The notes beneath the pieces are model-generated. The model saw only the letters and a program-made list of their open reading frames with translations, was not told where the DNA came from and did no database searches. Both the position numbers and the translations under genes were made by a program. DNA of 16,800 nt from the NCBI GenBank assembly GCA_051117555.1, contig JBNPEG010000195.1:1-16800 (forward strand), read 5' to 3'. This document shows, in pieces, positions 1 through 6,565 of the stretch (positions within the stretch are counted from its first letter, which is position 1; each line of letters opens with the position of its first letter). The stretch is from Elainellaceae cyanobacterium (lineage in GTDB: Bacteria; Cyanobacteriota; Cyanobacteriia; CAZCXK01).

Positions 1-111
1 AAAACGGGTCGAAAAGTTGCTGAAGATTTCAAAGCCAACATGAAGATTGTCTTCGATGAAGTTTTACCACAATGGAATTACACAGCCAAACCAGAATTAC
101 AGATTATTTAA
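1..111 (+). CDS. C-terminal end of ISAzo13-family (Rhodopirellula DDE) transposase, partial
   Basis: Frame 1 from base 1 reads KTGRKVAEDFKANMKIVFDEVLPQWNYTAKPELQII* (TAA 109-111), matching the characteristic TGRKV...F...M.IVFD..LP.WNY C-terminus of cyanobacterial ISAzo13 transposases. Not in the ORF track. Confidence 0.85.
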   Translation, partial: KTGRKVAEDFKANMKIVFDEVLPQWNYTAKPELQII

Positions 112-124
112 TTCCCGTTCCTTA
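1..124 (+). mobile_element. Right end of ISAzo13-family insertion sequence (terminal IR ~103-121, probable 3-bp target TTA 122-124)
   Basis: Transposase stop lies inside ATTATTTAATTCCCGTTCC followed by TTA; an unrelated reading frame follows immediately. Left IR is outside the window. Confidence 0.7.
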
Positions 125-351
125 GTAACATTTCGGGGGAGATTGCAGCACTCGGAATTGTGCAAGCAACAGGCAATGACAATGATTTGGTGTGGGGGGC
201 ATCATTTCCGAAACCTGCCGTCGTTTCTAAGTTGGTGATTGGAGATGGTGATTCTGTATCTAATTACAGTACTTTTTGCGATACAACAAGATTAGACACA
301 CTTCCAGATGGGTGGCGAAAGGTCAAAGATGGCTATGTAGTTGGCCCATAA
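121..351 (+). pseudogene. 3' part of a hypothetical gene interrupted by the IS
   Basis: Open frame from the IS end: LSNISGEIAALGIVQATGNDNDLVWGASFPKPAVVSK...STFCDTTRLDTLPDGWRKVKDGYVVGP*; stop overlaps next start (TAATG 349-353); no convincing RBS/start after the IS. Confidence 0.6.
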
Positions 352-584
352 TGCGTTTAATTTTGACTCCCGATGATCCGGAGTTTGCAGCCGCCGCATC
401 TAGCTTATTGCCTCAGTTTTGGGGCAATAAGCTGAGCCACTGCCACGGGGATGTGGTTTGGTGTGTGCGATCAGATTCAGGCTTGATTGAACCACTGTCT
501 CACGCTGAAACTCTGGAATATTTGGAAGGGGGAGAGTATGAGGAAAGATTGAGCCAGATTGAGCCAGGGGAGGAGATAACATGA
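351..584 (+). CDS. Hypothetical acidic protein (77 aa)
   Basis: ATG at 351 coupled to upstream stop (TAATG) and ATGA overlap with next gene; MRLILTPDDPEF... Confidence 0.75.
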   Translation: MRLILTPDDPEFAAAASSLLPQFWGNKLSHCHGDVVWCVRSDSGLIEPLSHAETLEYLEGGEYEERLSQIEPGEEIT

Positions 585-925
585 CTTGGTTCACTATTGC
601 TCAGTTCACTCCGATCCTTGATTGGCAAACTGTTACAGAAACCATTGGAGGGGAATTGTTTAGGGTTGATTTTTCAATCCCTTCTACTGGTCAGTCAACT
701 AAAAGCTGGATTAGGTTACGGCAGTACTACCCGCAAGGTGGGTTGGGAGTTTCCCAATCAAGAGTGATTTATCCTCAAAGCACTCCTGTAGTTTTAGAAT
801 TGCCTATCCCTACAGAACTTAAAGAGTCAGGGTACACAGTGCGATCGCTTCAAGTGAAGCGATTTTCTCGATACCGAACATTCACTGAACCGAACTATTC
901 TGTTGTTCTACAGGAGTGGTTTTAG
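581..925 (+). CDS. Hypothetical beta-rich protein (114 aa), possible virion component
   Basis: GGAGGAG RBS, ATGA coupling; alternating hydrophobic pattern (GELFRVDF, IYPQ...LELPIP, RSLQVKR). Confidence 0.8.
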   Translation: MTWFTIAQFTPILDWQTVTETIGGELFRVDFSIPSTGQSTKSWIRLRQYYPQGGLGVSQSRVIYPQSTPVVLELPIPTELKESGYTVRSLQVKRFSRYRTFTEPNYSVVLQEWF

Positions 926-1273
926 ATGGCCCTAGAGTCTTTAGCTACGCTGATAGGCATTATTGTTGGAATCGTAGGTACGTACCTGTCGATGAAAACT
1001 TACTACCGTAACCGACGACAGGAGATGTTACAAGAGTTTGCAGACAAAGAGAGAAAAGAGTATGCCGCTCAGCGGGATTTCTCCCATTTGCAGCGAAATT
1101 ATCAAAATCTGCAAATCTCTGTAGATCAGCTATTCAAAGAAATTGAATTGCGAGTCGATCGGGTTGAGTCTCGAATTAATCGCTTGAATATTCTCACTAG
1201 AGCAATTTCAGTAAAACTTGATTCTGGTGATGTGGTGAAAGACATGTTTGATTCTCAAGATGACCTCGATTAG
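926..1273 (+). CDS. N-terminal transmembrane + coiled-coil protein (holin/XhlA-like topology)
   Basis: LATLIGIIVGIVGTYL hydrophobic helix followed by basic residues and heptad-rich helix; directly abuts upstream stop. Confidence 0.75.
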   Translation: MALESLATLIGIIVGIVGTYLSMKTYYRNRRQEMLQEFADKERKEYAAQRDFSHLQRNYQNLQISVDQLFKEIELRVDRVESRINRLNILTRAISVKLDSGDVVKDMFDSQDDLD

Positions 1274-1518
1274 AGGTCGCGTAAATTCGCTTCATCTTGC
1301 AGTTTATCTAGAATCGCTTCACAACGACTCAGATGATAGCGATAGGTGGGCCTCGCGGCTAGCGGGTTGATATTCCGATAGTGAGTTTTAGGCTTCAGGA
1401 TTCCCGAATTTCGCAATGTATTTAGGTGATAGCGTGAGCAGCTCAACCGCTCACACGCTTGCTGTGTGCTGACCCAATTGGAGCTAAGGGGGCGTCCTGG
1501 TTTTCGTTTTGCCATCAT
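1270..1518 (-). CDS. Excisionase-like (MerR/HTH_17-type) DNA-binding protein
   Basis: Small basic protein with WVSTQQACERLSCSRYHLNTLRNSGILK HTH and HYR..NP.A.RPTYRYH wing; ATGA overlap with upstream gene. Confidence 0.8.
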   Translation of the reverse strand: MMAKRKPGRPLSSNWVSTQQACERLSCSRYHLNTLRNSGILKPKTHYRNINPLAARPTYRYHLSRCEAILDKLQDEANLRDL

Positions 1519-1913
1519 TCAGCCCCCTCAAAACCTGTGGAAAACCCCCTCAGACTCCCCCATTGGATTAAATTTTTTGAGAGGGAATCTTTTTCAGTGC
1601 CACACCCTTCATATTTTTCTCGATGGTGTAAAAGTTCCCCATTTGATGCGGATCGCGGCGATCGGGGGGATGGCTCTAGATGGGGTGATTTATCGGCTGA
1701 AACGCCCGTCTCATCGGCTGTTTTACTCTCTTCAATGTGGTCAGGATGCCACAGGTGCAAGTGCTTGTAGAGAGTTTTCGTGCTGATGCTGATCACTCGC
1801 TGAATCGCCTTCAGACGAGCAAAGATTTCTTCTGGCAGGTCGTTATCTAGCCTGAGTTGCTGCATGGCCTGTTTGATGCGTTTCTGTGCATCCTCTGTTT
1901 GTTGGATGTTCAA
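1515..1913 (-). CDS. Helical DNA-binding-like protein (S..TLYK...LWHP motif), possibly 5'-damaged
   Basis: AQKRIKQAMQQL...LP...R..AI...ISTKTLYKHLHLWHP; TTG start; an in-frame ATG at 1964 is cut off by TAG at 1947-1949. Confidence 0.6.
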   Translation of the reverse strand: MNIQQTEDAQKRIKQAMQQLRLDNDLPEEIFARLKAIQRVISISTKTLYKHLHLWHPDHIEESKTADETGVSADKSPHLEPSPRSPRSASNGELLHHREKYEGCGTEKDSLSKNLIQWGSLRGFSTGFEGAE

Positions 1914-1998
1914 GCCTGGAGCAACTTCAAGCGCCTTGAGATATTTCTACGTTCGTCTCGTCATAGGTGAGAATTAGGTAGTGGTTTGAGTGGGGTGT

Positions 1999-2229
1999 AT
2001 GCCCAAAAAAATTAGAGAGTTGAAAAAGGCAATTTCAAAAGCGGGCTATAACCAGTTGCCTGGGCGTGGGAAAGGCAGTCACACGTTTTGGGTTCATCCA
2101 GATTTGCCTGATGAGCCGTTGACTATTCCAGGCAAGGATGGCGATGATGCCCCTCTCTGGCTGGAGAAGGACATCAAGCGTGTTTTGAGGAAGCTTGAAG
2201 ACTTGAAACAACAGGAGGGAGATCAGTGA
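1999..2229 (+). CDS. hicA: HicA family toxin (mRNA interferase)
   Basis: MPKKIRELKK...AGY...GKGSH...W.HP...LTIPG dsRBD-like HicA signature with catalytic GSH. Confidence 0.93.
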   Translation: MPKKIRELKKAISKAGYNQLPGRGKGSHTFWVHPDLPDEPLTIPGKDGDDAPLWLEKDIKRVLRKLEDLKQQEGDQ

Positions 2230-2462
2230 ACCAAGCGCATCGTTACAGCATGGTGATTCGGTGGTCAGATGAAGACCATCTCTATCTGGTTCACTTACCT
2301 GAGTTTCCGTGGCGACATTTTCATACCCACGGTAAGACTTATGAGGAGGCTGCACGGAACGGACAAGAGGTGATTGAACTCTTGGTTGAGTATTTTCAGC
2401 AGGAGGGCCGACCTCTGCCTGAACCCAAGGCAGTAGACAGTACGTTGCCTGAATCGGCGTAA
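2226..2462 (+). CDS. hicB: HicB family antitoxin, short form without DNA-binding domain
   Basis: YSMVIRWSDED..YLVHLPEF....THGKTYEEA..NGQEVIELL......GRPLPEP; GTGA overlap with hicA. Confidence 0.92.
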   Translation: MNQAHRYSMVIRWSDEDHLYLVHLPEFPWRHFHTHGKTYEEAARNGQEVIELLVEYFQQEGRPLPEPKAVDSTLPESA

Positions 2463-2468
2463 TTCGCA

Positions 2469-2690
2469 ATGAATCCGCAATACAGCATGGTGATTCAGTG
2501 GTCGGATGAAGATAATTGCTACGTCGTTTTTCTGCCTGATTTTGCTGATCGCGTTGAGCAGCCCTGTACAGATGGTCAAACCTATCAAGAGGCTGCAAAG
2601 CATGGACAGGAAGTGATTGAGACATATTTGAAAATGTGGAAACAGGAGGGCGATCGCACTCTTCACAGCGCCAATTTGCCTCAGTTTTGA
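2469..2690 (+). CDS. hicB: Second HicB family antitoxin with replaced C-terminus
   Basis: YSMVIQWSDEDNCYVVFLPDF...TDGQTYQEAAKHGQEVIE; similarity to hicB1 ends at QEG, at the HIP1 site 2650-2657; the LPEP tail is absent. Confidence 0.85.
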   Translation: MNPQYSMVIQWSDEDNCYVVFLPDFADRVEQPCTDGQTYQEAAKHGQEVIETYLKMWKQEGDRTLHSANLPQF

Positions 2691-2745
2691 TAGCCAGCGC
2701 CAATTCATCCCAGTTTGGCGGATACAGGCTTCTATCCATTGGCAT
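2650..2745 (-). pseudogene. 5' remnant of an HNH-endonuclease-like gene
   Basis: GGAGG RBS then MPMDRSLYPPNWDELALAIKTEANWRCEECDR (typical YP.NW...A..IK..A.W.C..C HNH N-terminus); start overlaps primase end; recognisable similarity stops after the first CxxC at the HIP1 site. Confidence 0.75.
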
Positions 2746-5212
2746 TAGATTCACCTCCATCAGCCCGCTTGAGCAGCCGTAATTCATTCGCGGGATAGCG
2801 GCGTTTCACACGCCATCCATCTTTGCAAACTTGAATCAGACCATCGGGTAAGAACGCCTCGACAAAAACGTGCTGACCATAAAATCGTCCGCTGCGAATT
2901 TCAACCTTGTCGCCAATCAAAAATGATGCAGAAGAATTAGTCTCATCGTGAGAATGATCACCTACAGCATGAAACTGATCACCTTTACCCCCAAAGTGAT
3001 CACCCTCATCAGGGGGGGTGATCACTTTCTCTGGTGTGACAGTTGTCTCAGAATCAGATAGAAAGTGATCACCCCCTAGTGATTCTAATTTGACAGTCAA
3101 ATTGTTGTCTAATTGCTGTCTAATAGCGCTATCGCTTTCAGGGTCTGGATTAGACCCGTTTTTACCCTCTATTAGACAAGGGTGATCCGTGGGGGGGTGA
3201 TCCGTAGGGTGATCCTCGGCGCAATTGTGACAATTTGGCTCAAGGATCACCTTTTCGGCGTTATTAGAAAGAAAAAAAGTCTTTTTTTGTCTAATAGGGC
3301 TTCTATCGCAGTCTGCATCTTCATTTGCGCTATTAGACAAGCTATTAGACTGTCTAATTAGTCTAATAGCGCTCCTATGATAAACAGCCGCTTTGCGATC
3401 GCCCGTCTTCATGAGCACGTCATCGGCAACGAGTCGCTGCAAAACCTTGTACAGACTGCGTTTGTGAATCTGCGTGTCTTCAAAAATCTGATCAACCGTC
3501 GCTGAACCAACTTTGTTCATGTAGTCGAGCACGATTTCTTTCTGGTCGAAGTTAACGACCGGATTCCAGCGACCGAGCAACCGCCACTCTAAGAAATTGG
3601 GGTCGATGCGAACTTTCAGATCGTGCTTGCCGTGCCCATTCTCAGCAACCAAACGATAGCTATCTTCGGCTGGAGCTAGAATCAACGCCCCTCGACAGGT
3701 TGCTCGAATCGCTCCACTGCCTCGCATCGTGTCAAATATGTCGCCAATCGTGGCTTCAGCAGCTTCAATTTTGCGAGTGTGATGAACGAGCAATATACAG
3801 ACATTCAGCGACTTTGCGATTTCTTGCAGCGGTTCGAGTACCATGCTCATTTCTGCCGAGCCTTCAGCGACGGCATCAGAGCGAATGCGGCTTAGCGTGT
3901 CGAGAATCACCAGACGCGGATTCATTTCGATCATCAGCTCAATCAAGTGCTCAATCTCGCTGAGTTTGAATTTATCGAGCCAATAAACGGGCAACCCTTC
4001 TTGCCAGTTCTGGCTTTCTTCACGCTCCTTAATCTTGGCGTCTGAGTCTTCCAGATTCACGTAGATCACAGGACCCTGCGTCACGGGGCGATCGAGAAAC
4101 TTCTCTCCAGTGGCTACACAGCGGGCAAGGGTCATAGCGAATAGCGATTTCCCGCCACGGGGGGGAGCTGCCAGAGCAAAAAGTTCGTTAGCGGTGAGCA
4201 AATCGGGAACGAGCCATTCCACATAATCAGGTGCTCTGGCGATCAACTCATCGTTGCTAATCAGCCGTGCTCTAAGCGGGTTATACGATTGTTTGGGCTC
4301 TGGTTCTGCGGTTTTCGCTTCAGCAGCAGCAGATTGAAAGTTTGCCAGGGTAAATCCACCATTCAGCGAATCTGAGACATCCCAGCCCGATTCTGGCTCA
4401 TCTGGCGCTGGCACTTGTGCAGCTTTGCAGCGATCGCCCAATCGACTCGCTAGTTTTTGCGCCCTCCTCTCGCCTGCATCGTCCAAATCATAGAAGCTGA
4501 TCACAGTTGGGGCTAACTTGCCCAGCTCGTCATCTTGTGGCACGTTTCCAGCTCCACAGGTAAAACAAGCGACCTGTACGTTATTTTTCAACTCAGAATG
4601 ACGTACAGCCCAGCCCAGAAGCATAGCGTCCCATTCGCCCTCACATAGCCAGGTCTGCGTCGGTTCATCGGGCTGATGGGTTATAAAGACCGATGCCGGG
4701 ATTCCATACTGGCTCCAAGGCTGATAATCAGCAGGGCGATCGCTCTCGTCTAGCCACGGGGCGACTCGCTTTTTCTGGTAATAGGATGTGCCCTCACCGA
4801 CGGGGATAGGAATTGAGATTGCCCTCAAATGGCTATTGCCGGATTTTGTTCTCGTAACCCCTAATCGATAATGCTCAATCATCTCAGGAGTGAATCCGCG
4901 ATTGAGCAGCCACGGCAAAGCTAATTTGCTTGTCTTGAGGCGATCGGCAGCATCCTTTACTCGCTTAGGCGACACCGTAACTGTTTTCTGTGGTCTGGTG
5001 GTTGCTAGTGCTGCTGGAATTTGTTGGGCTTTAGGCTGCCCTAGAATTGCCCGTATCTCAGCAGGGGTGCATCCTCTGTGGCATTTATAAGCACCATCTG
5101 TCTCTGGGATTAATGCTAAGTTTTTCTTGTGGGCTTTTCCCTGAGCCTCACAAGATGGGCAAGCGGCGCGTCCTTTTGAGTCGAATTCGATAAAATTACG
5201 GATGTTGAACAT
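2732..5212 (-). CDS. Primase-helicase replication protein (Zn finger + Toprim + SF4/AAA_25 helicase + wHTH + C-terminal KOW-like)
   Basis: CPSC...YKCHRGC Zn finger; LCEGEWDAM, FYDLDDAG, GWDVSD Toprim motifs; Walker A APPRGGKS, Walker B LVILDT, LLVHHTRK and RGSGA SF4 motifs; likely start MFNIRNF at 5212 with GGAG RBS. Confidence 0.92.
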   Translation of the reverse strand: MFNIRNFIEFDSKGRAACPSCEAQGKAHKKNLALIPETDGAYKCHRGCTPAEIRAILGQPKAQQIPAALATTRPQKTVTVSPKRVKDAADRLKTSKLALPWLLNRGFTPEMIEHYRLGVTRTKSGNSHLRAISIPIPVGEGTSYYQKKRVAPWLDESDRPADYQPWSQYGIPASVFITHQPDEPTQTWLCEGEWDAMLLGWAVRHSELKNNVQVACFTCGAGNVPQDDELGKLAPTVISFYDLDDAGERRAQKLASRLGDRCKAAQVPAPDEPESGWDVSDSLNGGFTLANFQSAAAEAKTAEPEPKQSYNPLRARLISNDELIARAPDYVEWLVPDLLTANELFALAAPPRGGKSLFAMTLARCVATGEKFLDRPVTQGPVIYVNLEDSDAKIKEREESQNWQEGLPVYWLDKFKLSEIEHLIELMIEMNPRLVILDTLSRIRSDAVAEGSAEMSMVLEPLQEIAKSLNVCILLVHHTRKIEAAEATIGDIFDTMRGSGAIRATCRGALILAPAEDSYRLVAENGHGKHDLKVRIDPNFLEWRLLGRWNPVVNFDQKEIVLDYMNKVGSATVDQIFEDTQIHKRSLYKVLQRLVADDVLMKTGDRKAAVYHRSAIRLIRQSNSLSNSANEDADCDRSPIRQKKTFFLSNNAEKVILEPNCHNCAEDHPTDHPPTDHPCLIEGKNGSNPDPESDSAIRQQLDNNLTVKLESLGGDHFLSDSETTVTPEKVITPPDEGDHFGGKGDQFHAVGDHSHDETNSSASFLIGDKVEIRSGRFYGQHVFVEAFLPDGLIQVCKDGWRVKRRYPANELRLLKRADGGESNANG
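2955..3372. repeat. Iteron-like repeat cluster (candidate replication origin) inside primase gene
   Basis: About 9 copies of GGTGATCM/KGATCACC (2955-3251) and about 9 copies of GTCTAAT(AG)/(CT)ATTAGAC (3106-3369) in both orientations. Confidence 0.75.
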
Positions 5213-5293
5213 TTGATCCATCTCCAAAATTAACGGCAATGGGGTGACAGCCCCAGCAGTCGCAATCAATAGCGTTTAACCATTAAACAAAGT

Positions 5294-5326
5294 AAGAGCG
5301 ATCCAATCGTCAGTTGGATCGCTCTT
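5294..5326 (-). terminator. Hairpin/terminator upstream of primase gene
   Basis: Perfect 13-bp inverted repeat AAGAGCGATCCAA-N7-TTGGATCGCTCTT, followed on the minus strand by ACTTTGTTT, right after the stop of 5326..5520. Confidence 0.6.
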
Positions 5327-5520
5327 TATTTTTGTGCCTTGATCTGACTAAGCGATTCGTTAATCGCTGTGAGTTTCAGCCTTGAGTCATGGTTTGATGT
5401 ATTCCCATCAAGCCTCTCCATTAGTACTAAATTTGTCTGCCGAATCGCGTGAGAAACTGCGAGCACCTGATTTTCAAGTCGTTGTAGCCGTTGATTGAAT
5501 TCAGCGGGTGTGAGTGTCAT
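5326..5520 (-). CDS. Small coiled-coil hypothetical protein
   Basis: 64 aa, ATG start, heptad pattern FNQRLQRLENQVLAV; co-oriented with primase. Confidence 0.65.
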   Translation of the reverse strand: MTLTPAEFNQRLQRLENQVLAVSHAIRQTNLVLMERLDGNTSNHDSRLKLTAINESLSQIKAQK

Positions 5521-5685
5521 AAGCGAATTGGATAGATGCCCCTGATTAACTTTGCCAGATGTTTCTATTCAGGGCTTATTTTTTAGTGACATTTTTCGGA
5601 ACGATCGATAAACAGTGGATGATCAGGTATCAGCACAGGGGAACGAATCCCCATTTCACCCCCTGCGCTGTTGTTGTTCAGATCT

Positions 5686-5749
5686 GAGATCGGTTTGAGT
5701 TTCATATTACCCCAAACCGATTTGAGGTCAAATTGATTTGAGGTAGAAT
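5686..5749. promoter_or_regulatory. Divergent promoter/operator region
   Basis: Tandem CAAACCGATTTGAGGT / CAAATTGATTTGAGGT (5713-5744) plus an inverted copy ATCGGTTTG (~5689-5697); candidate leftward TTGACC-N16-TAATAT and rightward TTGAGG-N16-TAGAAT. Confidence 0.6.
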
Positions 5750-6017
5750 GAATGAACAAAGACGGGAGTCTGTTTTGGTGAACCTTAGAGAGCGATTGGA
5801 ATTAACTCAAAGGCAAGTGGCAGAAGCGCTAGGCGTTACTGAGCAAACTGTCAGGAATTGGGAGCAAGGAAAGGCCATTCCTAAACTGACAATTCCTCAG
5901 ATGAAGGCGTTATGTGCGTTGCTCAAAATGCCAATTGAGGAAGTTCCCGACAATCTAGGTCCTGTCCTGACAAACCAAAGCGCTGAGCGTGATTCGAGCA
6001 CGCCCAGCGCTGACTAG
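5748..6017 (+). CDS. XRE/Cro-CI family HTH transcriptional regulator
   Basis: LRERLELTQRQVAEALGVTEQTVRNWEQG HTH_3 signature; true start may be 5775/5778 after GGGAG. Confidence 0.92.
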   Translation: MNEQRRESVLVNLRERLELTQRQVAEALGVTEQTVRNWEQGKAIPKLTIPQMKALCALLKMPIEEVPDNLGPVLTNQSAERDSSTPSAD

Positions 6018-6141
6018 AAAGGAGGTAATTGATCCAATCATTTTTAGGATAGCGAAGCTATCTCGTTTCAGACCATCAAAAGCCAGAGCGACGTTATATC
6101 AAACGCTCTGGCTTTCCTTTAAACACACAGGCAACTCAATC

Positions 6142-6426
6142 ATGACACTTCCAATGACCGAATATCCAAAAACTGACACCGGCTCAGAGAACGCATTCCC
6201 GATCGCCATTCAAGACGCAGGCGAGTTGCGGGTTCATCACGGCATCACCAAGCGTGAATACTTTGCAGCAATGGCACTGCAAGGGATGCTCGCAAGCGGT
6301 TGTCAGACTCGATACCTCACCGCCAAAGGAGCGGTTGAAGCTGCCGATGCGCTCATAGACGCACTAAACGCACACTCAAACGCACACATTTCGCACGCCG
6401 ATCGCACACTCGACGCACAGAGTTAG
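6142..6426 (+). CDS. Conserved phage hypothetical protein (AFP...G.T.R.YFAA.A.QG...A...ADAL family)
   Basis: NAFP...GITKREYFAAMALQGMLA...AVEAADALIDAL is a widespread phage small-protein motif; ATG at 6142 or 6154. Confidence 0.8.
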   Translation: MTLPMTEYPKTDTGSENAFPIAIQDAGELRVHHGITKREYFAAMALQGMLASGCQTRYLTAKGAVEAADALIDALNAHSNAHISHADRTLDAQS

Positions 6427-6565
6427 CACAGTTCAGCACACCTCTCGAACATCGATAAATCAAAGCTTTCAGCAAAAACAAAGGAGGAAACGCACACATG
6501 GAGCACGTATCAAAGCACGTGCGAGCGCACAGCCCCTCGCACAGCGGCGCACACTATAGCGCACA
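6361..6565 (+). repeat. Helically phased GCAC(A) array in two blocks
   Basis: GCAC at 6361, 6370, 6382, 6393, 6404, 6415, 6426, 6436 and 6492, 6503, 6515, 6527, 6539, 6549, 6561 (spacing 9-12 bp). Confidence 0.85.

Noticed and set aside
276..350. Longer TTG start for the 351..584 gene
   Set aside because: Overlaps the upstream coding frame; TAATG coupling favours 351.
2035..2787. 250-aa minus-strand ORF as a real gene
   Set aside because: Only the 32 codons from 2745 look protein-like (HNH N-terminus); the rest is antisense of hicAB.
5213..5269. N-terminal extension of the primase from TTG 5269
   Set aside because: RBS and domain start fit ATG 5212.
5583..5705. 40-codon minus-strand ORF MKLKPISDLNNN...
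   Set aside because: ATG lies within the candidate -10 box, no RBS, no recognisable motif; a leader peptide cannot be excluded but is unsupported.
5989..6141. Extended start of the 145-aa ORF
   Set aside because: Overlaps the XRE gene and spans a hairpin; conserved motif begins after ATG 6142.
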